Shown: piece after piece, positions 30,004 through 39,135 of the stretch
Layout: each line of letters begins with the position of its first letter
Position numbering within the stretch: the first letter of the stretch is position 1
NCBI GenBank assembly: GCA_000092065.1
Contig: CP000587.1
DNA from: Ostreococcus lucimarinus
Taxonomy: Eukaryota
Length of the DNA stretch: 64,000 nt
Direction: 5' to 3' (one strand)
Notes under the pieces: model-generated
What the model saw: only the letters and a program-made list of their open reading frames with translations
The model's database searches: none
What the model was told of the DNA's origin: nothing
Program-made: the position numbers and the translations under genes

Positions 30004-30804
30004 CTATAATCTTGATCTAAGAGATGCGGTGTTCGCCGCGGCGTCGGCGACGTATCCCGCCTCGGCGTCGTCTAAATCCAAACCGTACTTGATCCTCGCG
30101 AGCGACGACAACTCTTCAGAGTCTAAAGTTCGCGACAACGCCTCGAACACGGTGAGTTCCTTGATTTCGTCGCCGCCATCTCGCACGCGTACCGCTTCCC
30201 CGCGCTCATTGATGCGAAAACCGACGTCTTCGGCGCGGTTCAACATCAAAGAAATCTCCCTTCGCGCCTCTGGAGGCGTCTCGGACCTCAGCACCACGCT
30301 CGGCAACCCATTCACGATCGCCTCTCTCAGCCCGGCGTCTCGCGTCAGCGCGTCGCCGTAACGAATTCTCCTCGATCGTTCCCATCGTCGCTCGAACACG
30401 CTCGGCACGTCGTACTCGATCAACTTGAGCGCCAAATTTAAGTGCGACGACCCGAGCGTGGCGTAAGCCCACCGCCGCGACGCCCACGTTCGCGCCGACA
30501 CCTCCGGGAGCACGCGCGCGTTCGCCCGCGAGAACGCCTCCCACCGTCGATACGCGTCTGATTTCAGCATATCTCGCGCCCGTTCGCGCACGACGACCGG
30601 AACGTCGTGGTTTTCGTTGAATCCATCCTCGCAAATCGACATCGCGATGCCGTGGGCGTGTTCAAGCGAGACGCCGCTGTTCGCCCTGTTCGTCGCGTCG
30701 GGGATGACGAGACGCGGCAAGACGCGCTGCATCTTCGGTTCTCGCCATTTAGAGAGCAGCGCGTTGAGGCGAACGACGTCGCCGTCATCGGCGTCGTGGG
30801 CCAT
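30004..30804 (-). CDS. hypothetical protein (266 aa)
   Basis: ORF of non-junk composition (..VLPRLVIPDATNRANSGVSLEHAHGIAMSICEDGFNENHDVPVVVRE..). No recognised motif. Confidence 0.4.
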   Translation of the reverse strand: MAHDADDGDVVRLNALLSKWREPKMQRVLPRLVIPDATNRANSGVSLEHAHGIAMSICEDGFNENHDVPVVVRERARDMLKSDAYRRWEAFSRANARVLPEVSARTWASRRWAYATLGSSHLNLALKLIEYDVPSVFERRWERSRRIRYGDALTRDAGLREAIVNGLPSVVLRSETPPEARREISLMLNRAEDVGFRINERGEAVRVRDGGDEIKELTVFEALSRTLDSEELSSLARIKYGLDLDDAEAGYVADAAANTASLRSRL

Positions 30805-30850
30805 GGAGTGCGGCGCTCGACGAATTCAATTCTGTTACAAACGCGCGGCG

Positions 30851-31723
30851 TCAGCCCCAAATTTTCTTGGTCATCTCGTCAGGCGTCGGCTCGCTCGGGT
30901 ACGTGCCCAGCAACACGTACTGTTCTAATTCACGAGCTCCCGTGCGCTTGTACAACTCCCACTCGTTTTCGTAGTACGCGAAGCGCAGGGCGCCGTAAAT
31001 TGGGAAAAAATACGGCTTGCGATACAACAGCCGAAAATGGTACACCTCCTTCCACGCCGCGACGGCGTCCATGCGCTCCTTCCTCCCTCGCACCGACATC
31101 ACGTTCCCCGCGGACTGCACGTCGTCCAACCTCGGATTAATCATGATCATCGGCTTATCGCCCACGACCGCCTCCATCTCCTCGATGTACGGCAGCACCG
31201 AGTACCCCACGATGTTTTGCGGCTGCACCAATATGAAACAATCCGCCCCCTCGCCGTCCGCCGCGCCGATCCCACCGCTCGGGTCGATCATTCCCTCCGT
31301 CCCCGGTTCCCAATCCATCATCCCGAGCAATTTCGACACCCCGCTCAGGCTCAGCGGCAGCGCTTGAAACACTCCCTGTCCCATGCTTCGCTGCACGCAA
31401 ATCTTCACTCGCAACCCGTCGCGCGCCAGCGCCGCCGCCGTCTCGCGCACGAGCTCCAGCGTCGTCCCGACGCGATACACGTCACCGTTTACGTTCAGCT
31501 CCGGGAACTCGCTCTTGATCTTGATGCGTCGCTCGCGCGCCGTCACCGCGGCGACGATCGACTTCGTCGCGTCCTCGTAAAACCATCGCCGCGTCGCGCG
31601 CGCGTGCGGCACGTTGTTCAGCAGCGTCGGGACGTCGACGCCGGCGTTCGCGCGCGACTTGGGCGACGCGCGTCGCGCGCGCGCCGGCCGCGCGAACGCC
31701 GGCGCGGTCGTCGACGCGCGCAT
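30851..31723 (-). CDS. DUF1995-like protein (plastid-type protein of unknown function), paralog 1, with N-terminal presequence
   Basis: The track ORF starts with GTG at 31738; the first ATG is at 31721-31723 (MRASTTAPAFARPARARR...). Conserved blocks ..CFILVQPQNIVGYSVLPYIEEMEAVVGDKPMIMINPRLDD.., ..YHFRLLYRKPYFFPIYGALRFAYYENEWELYKRT.. are shared with the second copy at 56316-57329. Confidence 0.6.
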   Translation of the reverse strand: MRASTTAPAFARPARARRASPKSRANAGVDVPTLLNNVPHARATRRWFYEDATKSIVAAVTARERRIKIKSEFPELNVNGDVYRVGTTLELVRETAAALARDGLRVKICVQRSMGQGVFQALPLSLSGVSKLLGMMDWEPGTEGMIDPSGGIGAADGEGADCFILVQPQNIVGYSVLPYIEEMEAVVGDKPMIMINPRLDDVQSAGNVMSVRGRKERMDAVAAWKEVYHFRLLYRKPYFFPIYGALRFAYYENEWELYKRTGARELEQYVLLGTYPSEPTPDEMTKKIWG

Positions 31724-31751
31724 GACTGTCGTCGTCACTCAGAGGCGCGCG

Positions 31752-31765
31752 ATGGGATCGACGCG

Positions 31766-31796
<31 letters not shown>

Positions 31797-32966
31797 GGAC
31801 GCGGCGAGGCGTCGGCGACGGCGACGCGCGACGCGATGGCGGCGCCGGAGGCGAGCGCGGCGACGGGCGCGGACGAGGACGCGTACGACGACGCGGTGGA
31901 GACGCGCGACGACGAGGCGGAGGTCGAGGCGGAGGTCGAGGAGGAGGTCGAGGAGATCGTCGTCGACGGCGCGGTCGGCGCGATGCAGCGCTCGGGTGAG
32001 CTGACGCGTGAACTTCGAGAGGAGGCGGAGGAGGAGGACGAGGCGTCGCTGGAGGAGGATATATCGCGAGAGGAGGCGCTGTCCACGGCGACGGAGATGA
32101 TAAAGTCCGTCGCGAACGGGGACGAAGCGCTGGACGCGGCGAGGTTAGGGAGCTTGTTGTGGGCGCTGAGTAACGCGCTATTGGAAGATTTGACGGATAG
32201 GGATGATTTGCGAGTGCCGGGAAATTCGCTCGAGACGTTTCCGGTGGAATTGGTGCGAGATATCATGGCAAACATCGAAACCTTGGTGATTGCGTTGACG
32301 TTTGAACCCGAAGACGCCGTGACGCAGCGAAGCGGACAAAAGATTCCGGCGATTGGGTCCCATCGCGTCGCGGCGGCGGAGATTTTGGCCGTGCTCTTGC
32401 AAATCGGATGTCAAGACATCGATGAGCGCATCGCAAAGCTCAAGCTTCCGAGCGACGGTCAGTTTGTCCTCGTGTCGCTCGTGCGCATGTTTTTCAAGTA
32501 CAATTGGAGTTCGGCTCTGCACGCGACGGTGATTCGTTTGATTCTCGCCGCGTTGGTGAGCCCACATGAACCGCTGTGGGCGCCGATGTTTGAAGGCGGT
32601 GAAGAGAGTCTTCAAGGCTCGCTCGCGAAATCCATCAAGGAAGCGTTGGCGACCAAGCCGATTTCAACGCGTCTGGGGAACGTGGGGAGTGTGATCATCT
32701 TGGCCAACGCGCTTTGTGAACTCGAAGCGTGCGACGACGTCGAGCGCGCGAGCGTTCGCACGACGCTGCAAGAGGATCCCGCGTGGCGCGCCACCGTGGA
32801 GGGCGAAAACAACAGTTTGGCGAAGCTAAACGAAGAGCAGGCGGGCGGTTTGTGCGGCCCAAAGCCGACAAAGTCGCCCGCGTTCATGGATTCGGGCATG
32901 GGCTCCAACGTCATCAGCAGCCAAGAGTTGCTGAGGATGTTGCAACACATCTCGCTCGGACAGTAA
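31752..32966 (+). CDS. SAPS-domain protein (PP6/SIT4 phosphatase regulatory subunit-like) with acidic N-terminal region
   Basis: The ORF runs from 31614, but the first ATG clear of the divergent gene is 31752 (MGSTRDDDDDDDDD...). ..ILAVLLQIGCQDIDERIAKL...VLVSLVRMFFKYNWSSALHATVIRLILAALVSPHEPLW.. resembles the SAPS family block FFKYPWNNFLH. Confidence 0.55.
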
Positions 32967-33048
32967 GGAACGGCGAACGTCTGAACATTCGAACATCGCC
33001 GTCTTTAGTTGAGAATATTGTGAACCACGAACATAGGCTAAAATTTTG

Positions 33049-34371
33049 CTATCGCGCCGCGAGCAACGGCGAGCGCGCCGGCGACTTGAGCGGCGTCTTT
33101 GATTTCGCGAACATCGACGACTGCGCGTGCGAACCGCTCCCATCCGCCTCGACGCGCGTACGCTTCGGCGTGGCTTGTGTCTCTTCAAAGCTCCACAAAC
33201 GTTTCGGCGCGAGTCCGCTCGCGCGCGGCGTCGAGACCGCCGTTTTGCTCGGTGTGGGTGAGAAGAACGACACGAGCGATGCGTACAAAGTGTTCGCCAC
33301 GGGCGTCATCGCCGCTCGCGCCGGCGTCGGCGGCGGTTCGTAGCGGGATGTCCTCTTTCGGGATGTCGACGTCACCGCGGGCGCCGGCGCCGGTTTCGAC
33401 GGGAAGTGCATTTCGCGCAACAGCGAGACGCGTTGGAGATAGGCTTCGATGTTGTCGATTGTCGACCCCGCTTCGCGAATGCACTCCACGGATGAGCTCA
33501 TGTCTTCGGCGGCTCGTATCCACGGCGCTTGCAACGCAAGAATCGCCAAAGAGCTTCGCATGATCGTCTCCCGCGGTTCTCTATCGGCGTCGACGAATAT
33601 CAAATCCCACACCCGCAGCACAATCGGCACCGACGCGCATCCGATCAGCGCGCACATCAACCACCGCGCGGTGAAGTATTTCACCGCCAGCCCCATGGAC
33701 TCGAGCTTCGCGTGCGCCTCGCTCGACACGCACCGAAACCTGTGATCGAGCGTGTCCAAGTCCGCGCGCAGCGACTTCAAACCTTCCGTGAAATACCCCG
33801 CAAACATCACGTTAACCACGACGTGAAGCGTCCAAAACGCGTCCTCCTCCGTCTCCATCACCAACAGCAGAAATCCACCGAGATAATTCATCCCCTGCAC
33901 GTATCCCGCCGCCGCCGACGTCGCCGTCGCTCGCAGCACGCGACGCAACGCCGGAAGCGCGTCGCCCGTCTCCGCGAACCTCGCGTGTTCGGGAAACGTT
34001 CGCGCCAAATCCATCTCAATCTGCGCGTCTCGCGTCGTCGCCGCCGCCGCGTCGTCGCTCAGCTCCGCCGCCCTCAGGTACTCTTCGTACGTCGTGTCGC
34101 TCGCGCGCTTCGCCGCCTCCGCGCCGCTCCACGCGAACCAAAGCCGCGGTCGCGCCTCTCGTCCGACGCCGTTCGCGCGCGCGAACGCGCGGACGAGCTC
34201 GCCGCGCGCGCGCGCGTCGCGGCCGTTCGCGACGAATGCGCGCCAGCGCCGCTCGAGGCGCGCGTCGGATTCGCGGAGCGAGGACGCGACCTCGCGCGAG
34301 GGCTCGCGAGGGAAGCCGAGACGCCACGCGTCGTCGCCGGCGTCGTCGGGCGCCGCGCGGTCGGCGCGCAT
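33049..34371 (-). CDS. TBC-domain Rab GTPase-activating protein
   Basis: 440 aa. Arginine finger IEMDLARTFPEH (IxxDxxR) and glutamine finger YVQGMNYLGG (YxQ) with the intervening helices. Confidence 0.8.
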   Translation of the reverse strand: MRADRAAPDDAGDDAWRLGFPREPSREVASSLRESDARLERRWRAFVANGRDARARGELVRAFARANGVGREARPRLWFAWSGAEAAKRASDTTYEEYLRAAELSDDAAAATTRDAQIEMDLARTFPEHARFAETGDALPALRRVLRATATSAAAGYVQGMNYLGGFLLLVMETEEDAFWTLHVVVNVMFAGYFTEGLKSLRADLDTLDHRFRCVSSEAHAKLESMGLAVKYFTARWLMCALIGCASVPIVLRVWDLIFVDADREPRETIMRSSLAILALQAPWIRAAEDMSSSVECIREAGSTIDNIEAYLQRVSLLREMHFPSKPAPAPAVTSTSRKRTSRYEPPPTPARAAMTPVANTLYASLVSFFSPTPSKTAVSTPRASGLAPKRLWSFEETQATPKRTRVEADGSGSHAQSSMFAKSKTPLKSPARSPLLAAR

Positions 34372-34475
34372 CGCGCGCGCGGGTCGCGAGATGGCGATTT
34401 AGGGGAACGAAATCGTGCCGATTCATCTTCGAGCTCGAAACGCGACGCGAACGGGAATGCGAATACAAGGAGGGG

Positions 34476-37256
34476 CTAGCGCGTCGGCGTCGGAGGATCG
34501 AGCGCGGAATCCGTGAGTTTCTGAGCGATGCGCTCGGCGGAAGGCGATGCGGTCGTGAAGGCGGCCCAGGCGTCGGGACCGCGCAGTAATAAGGAATTGG
34601 TGACGACGGCGACGGAGCTCGCCGCCATCATGGCGCCCGCGGCGGAGGGGTTGAGGGTGAAGCCGTATTCGGGGAGCAAGACGCCCGCGGCGAGTGGAAT
34701 GCCGACGGCGTTGTATGCGAGCGCCCAACCGAGGTTCTGGCGAATCTTTCCGAGGGCGTTCTTGCCTAATTGTACGGAATCAGCGACTTGGGAGATGGCG
34801 TCGTTCAGAAGGATGACGCCGGCGGCGTTGCCGGTGGCTTCCATTCCTCGAGACATCGCGATACCGACGTCAGCGGTGACGAGGGCGGGGGCGTCGTTGA
34901 TGCCATCGCCCACCATGGCCACTTTCAAACCCTTGGCGCGAAGCTTTTCGATTTCATTTGCTTTGTCGCCGGGGAGCATGCCGCCGAGTGCAACGCTGTC
35001 GGCGCCCAAGCCGAGCTCGCCCGCGACGGCGGTCACGACGGCTTGTCTGTCGCCAGAAAGAATGTGAACGGTGATTCCGGACTCTTTCAATCGTTGGACC
35101 GTCGCTGCTGCATCTTCACGAATCTCATCCGTGACGGTGAGCATACCCATAACGCCTCGACCTTCGACGCCGACGGCGACGAGCGAGCACGTCTCGCTCT
35201 CCGCCCACGCTTCTTCGAACGAGTCGCTCGACGGTCCGACGCCTCGCACCTTCTCGTCCACCCACGATGGTGCGCCGACGAAAACGCGTTCGCCATTTAC
35301 AGTCGCACTGACTCCACGACCCGGTTCGGTCTCTGACGCCGAAGCCCGCGGGACGGGGGTTAAATTATCCGTCGTCTCGAATCGCAAATCCGCCGCACGC
35401 GCCACCGCCTTGGCGAGCGGGTGCGTCGTCGTTGCCTCTACCGCAGCGGCGACACTTAAAATATTCCAATCATCGTCACCACTCGTAGCGTAGACCGATT
35501 TCAATTTCGGCTTCCCTCGAGTGATCGTGCCCGTTTTGTCCAACACGACGGCGTCGACGCCGGCGATGGTTTCCAGCACGTCGCCGCCGCGGAGGAGGAC
35601 GCCGTTGCGCGCGCCGAGAGATGTCGCCACGAGTACTGCGGTAGGCGTCGCGAGACCAAGCGCACATGGACACGCAACGACGAGGACATCCGTCGCTAAC
35701 TTTATCGGACCCATCCACGGCGCCGCACCGAACGATCCCGCTTCCATGAGCGCGCCCGGAAACATGGCGTCGCCCGCGAGCGTCCAAAACCCAAACGTCG
35801 CCGCGCTGATGCCCATGACGCCGAACACGAACGGGCCCGCGATGGCATCCGCGAGTCTTTGAACCGGTGCCGCGCGCCCTTGCGCTTCCTCGATCGTTCT
35901 CGTGATACCGGCGACGATGGACGAGTCCCCGCTGCTCGTCGCTTGAATCGTGAGTGGGCCCTCGAACACGCCCGTGCCCGCGTTTACGTCGCTCCCTCGC
36001 GTCTTGTAAACCAGCACAGGTTCGCCCGTAAGCGTGGCCTCGTCCACACCCGCGTTTCCGGCGACGACGACACCGTCTACTGGGATAATTTCACCCGGAA
36101 CGACGCGCACTAAATCTCCGGGCTTCACCGCCGCTCTGTCCACGTCGAGCATCACCGAGTGATCGGCGGGATCTTCGCCTTCTTCGCTCGCGCGATCAGG
36201 CACCACTAAGCGCGCATCCAACGGCAGTAGCGAACTTAAAGAACGCAAATCCGCGCTCGCCCGCGCGCGCGCGCGACCTTCCAACGCGCGCCCGAGCAAG
36301 ATGAACGCCATCAACAGCACCGGTTCCTCAAAGAAATCATTCGTCCACTGCCCGTACTCGTTCAGCTGCGGATTCAACGCCCCCGCGGTGGACAACCCAA
36401 ACGCCGCGAGCGAGCCCACGCCGACGAGTGAGTTCATGTTCGGCGCCCCGTTTGCAAACGCCTGCGCGCCTTCTACTAAAATCTTCCGCCCCGGTCCCAA
36501 CAGCGCCCCCATCGCGAGCGTCGCCCCGATCCACGGCTGCGCCAACGCGTTCAAAACCTCCGTGTGCGCGTACTCGTGCAGGCCAAGCGCGTGTAAGTGA
36601 TGTGTCAAATGCGTCCCTAAACACGCCGCCGTCAATCCCCAGGCTTTGTATAAATCCCACTTCGTCCGTTCCATCTCTTCCTCTCGTCGCGCGCTCGCCT
36701 CTCTCGCCGCCGCCTCCGCCGCGCGTCCGAGCTCGCGTCGCGTCATCTTAAATCCCTTCTTCCCTATCTCCGCCACCGCGCTTTCGATCGAAGCGTCTAA
36801 GCTCCCTACTATCATCGACGTCGTTTTAAACCGCACCGCCGCCGTTTCCGTCACTAAATTCACCGCCGCCGCCTCCACGTCGTCTCGCGCGTCGAGCGCG
36901 TTTCGCACCGCCGCGCTGCATCCGCCGCACCGCATCCCTTCGATCGCGAACAGCACCGTCGAACTCGACGACTCGAGCGACGACGCGCTCGACGACGTCG
37001 CCGACGTCTCTTCATCGCGCATCGCGATGGCGCGCGTCGACGCGAACGCGCATCGTCGCGAATCGCCGAGTCGCGCGCGCGTCGAGTTCGACGGTGCGCG
37101 CGCGCGGGCGACGACGCATCGCGCGCGGGAACGCGGACGCGCGAGCGATGCGAGCGCCCGGACGCACGCGCGTTGGCACGCGACGCGCGGCATCGGACGA
37201 GCGACGCGTGATGACGATGATTGATGGGCGATCGGACGGCGAGGCGACGACGGCAA
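34476..37256 (-). CDS. copper-transporting P1B-type ATPase (HMA/PAA-like) with N-terminal presequence and heavy-metal-associated domain
   Basis: 926 aa. HMA motif GMRCGGCSAAV, transmembrane CPC (VVACPCALGLATP), phosphorylation site DKTGTIT, hinge GDGINDAPAL, and a TGEP-like actuator motif. Confidence 0.9.
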   Translation of the reverse strand: MPSSPRRPIAHQSSSSRVARPMPRVACQRACVRALASLARPRSRARCVVARARAPSNSTRARLGDSRRCAFASTRAIAMRDEETSATSSSASSLESSSSTVLFAIEGMRCGGCSAAVRNALDARDDVEAAAVNLVTETAAVRFKTTSMIVGSLDASIESAVAEIGKKGFKMTRRELGRAAEAAAREASARREEEMERTKWDLYKAWGLTAACLGTHLTHHLHALGLHEYAHTEVLNALAQPWIGATLAMGALLGPGRKILVEGAQAFANGAPNMNSLVGVGSLAAFGLSTAGALNPQLNEYGQWTNDFFEEPVLLMAFILLGRALEGRARARASADLRSLSSLLPLDARLVVPDRASEEGEDPADHSVMLDVDRAAVKPGDLVRVVPGEIIPVDGVVVAGNAGVDEATLTGEPVLVYKTRGSDVNAGTGVFEGPLTIQATSSGDSSIVAGITRTIEEAQGRAAPVQRLADAIAGPFVFGVMGISAATFGFWTLAGDAMFPGALMEAGSFGAAPWMGPIKLATDVLVVACPCALGLATPTAVLVATSLGARNGVLLRGGDVLETIAGVDAVVLDKTGTITRGKPKLKSVYATSGDDDWNILSVAAAVEATTTHPLAKAVARAADLRFETTDNLTPVPRASASETEPGRGVSATVNGERVFVGAPSWVDEKVRGVGPSSDSFEEAWAESETCSLVAVGVEGRGVMGMLTVTDEIREDAAATVQRLKESGITVHILSGDRQAVVTAVAGELGLGADSVALGGMLPGDKANEIEKLRAKGLKVAMVGDGINDAPALVTADVGIAMSRGMEATGNAAGVILLNDAISQVADSVQLGKNALGKIRQNLGWALAYNAVGIPLAAGVLLPEYGFTLNPSAAGAMMAASSVAVVTNSLLLRGPDAWAAFTTASPSAERIAQKLTDSALDPPTPTR

Positions 37257-37437
37257 GCGCGGCGACGACGCGCGAGGACGACGCGCGGGAGACGGCCCGA
37301 GAGCGCCGCGCGTGAACGCAGCGATACGATTATAATACGTGTATTAAATACCTCGCGCGCGCGCGTCGGCGCGCGTGCGACGAAAATATTGTTCTTCGTC
37401 GCGAGAAGTCTTCTCGCCGCTCTCGCCAAATCTAAGC

Positions 37438-38277
37438 CTAGTCGTCGTCTTCTTGGGAAAAAGACTTTTCGAAATGGGAAACTACGCCGTCCGCTACCAT
37501 GAAAGTGATGGCTTGTCCGGGGGGGATGCGCATCAACCTCGGTAGCAGCCCCTTCCACATCGCCAACATCCCCTCTTCCTTCGGAATGAGATACAACGCG
37601 TGCAGGAAAGATTTGTACTTGATGACGCCCGCTTTGCTCTGCGCCATGAGACGCGTCTTCACGACGTCGAACGGTCCCGTGGCGACCGGCCCAATCGTCG
37701 CCGCCAACCCACCGGAAATTAAAGATTGCACCGGATGCAACGCCATGCCATCGCCGTCGTGTTTCCCCCACAAGAATGAGTCGACGTGCGCCTTGGCGGT
37801 GAACAGACACATTTGGTTCGTTCCGTTTCGCGCGATGGTCGGCCCCGCGCCGTTCCACATCGCCATCACACCCTCTTCCTTCATGATCGTTCGCGCGGCG
37901 TGTAACGTGCCTTTGTACTTCAAGTTCACGCTCCCCTTTTGTTGCTGCAAGCGAATCTTCACCACCTCAAACGGGGTCACGATGCACAGCGCCTCGACGA
38001 CGCCCGCGCCGAACCCCGCCGCCATGCGCTTACCCGTCGTCAATTTCCCCTCCTCGTCCCTCAGCGCCGCCTGAAAAGTCGCGTTCGTGCCCATTCGCAG
38101 CATGTACTTAAAGCACAAGTGCGTCGCGAACGCATTCAACCCCTTCCAAAGCGCCCCCACGCCTTCCTCGGCGTGAATCTTCTTGAAGCAGTCCACCACG
38201 CCCTTGTATTGCCCCGACTTATCCAACTGCAACCGCGTCTTCACCACGTCCACCGGTTGCAGGCAGCACGCCTGCAA
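37438..38277 (-). CDS. mitochondrial carrier family (SLC25) protein
   Basis: 279 aa, three repeats with signature PxD/ExxK/R: PVDVVKTRLQ, PFEVVKIRLQ, PFDVVKTRLM. Confidence 0.85.
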   Translation of the reverse strand: MQACCLQPVDVVKTRLQLDKSGQYKGVVDCFKKIHAEEGVGALWKGLNAFATHLCFKYMLRMGTNATFQAALRDEEGKLTTGKRMAAGFGAGVVEALCIVTPFEVVKIRLQQQKGSVNLKYKGTLHAARTIMKEEGVMAMWNGAGPTIARNGTNQMCLFTAKAHVDSFLWGKHDGDGMALHPVQSLISGGLAATIGPVATGPFDVVKTRLMAQSKAGVIKYKSFLHALYLIPKEEGMLAMWKGLLPRLMRIPPGQAITFMVADGVVSHFEKSFSQEDDD

Positions 38278-39135
38278 AATTCGCCGCGCTCGCGCGCGTT
38301 TCGTCAGTCTCGTCGTCGAGGCGTTCGATCGTCGTCATCGCTCGATCGCCCTCCGCGCGTCCGCGCCTCGGGGTCCCGTCCCGCGCGTCCCGCCCGTCCC
38401 GTCCCGCGTCGACCCCGTCGAGCGCTCGCGTCGATTCGCCGCGCTCGACCGCGCCGCGCGCCGTCAAAATTCGCGCCATCGCCCGTCGTCGCGCGCGTCT
38501 CGCACCTCGATGACGCCTCCGAACGATCCCGACACGCCCTTGACGAGCGGCAGCAGCGCGGCGGCCCGCGCCGCGCTCCGTTTCTCCGTTCGTTCGCTCG
38601 CGCTCGCCGCGCCGCGGAGCCGGCGCAGCGCCGGGACGTCGTACGCGTTCGCGGGCGCGGGCATGGCGCGCGCGAGCGCTTCGATCGCGTCCGGCGCGCG
38701 CGCGAGTGCGGCGGCGCGTTTGAATTTAAATGATTCATCGTCAGCTGGCGCGCGATGATCGACGGCAGAGCGCGACGCGCGGCGCGGCGCCGGACGCGGG
38801 CGCGACATGGCGCGAGGCGCGACGCGGAGCGAGGGTCACGGCGCGAACGGCGCGCGAACGGCGCGAACGACGGCGATGGAGGGGATTCTGAGAGCGCTGA
38901 GCGGGGCGAAGGCGCAGACGAACGCGCGCGAGGGCGACGGCGGCGATGGCTTCGCCGCGAATCTGCGCGCGCAGCTGCCGGCGCTGATGTCGGTGATAAA
39001 TCCCACGAACGGTGCGCGCGCGCGACGGCGGTTCGAGCGCGGGACGAGAGCGACGACGCGGTGGAGGCGCGCGAGGCGATCGAACGCGAGACTGACGAGA
39101 AACGCGCGGGACGCGACGAACGACGCGCAGTGTGC

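Noticed and set aside
38755-39135. A 127-codon N-terminal extension of the ATR ORF.
   Set aside because: It is Arg/Glu/Ala junk with no similarity to ATR N-termini. The first ATG followed by ordinary composition is at 39136.
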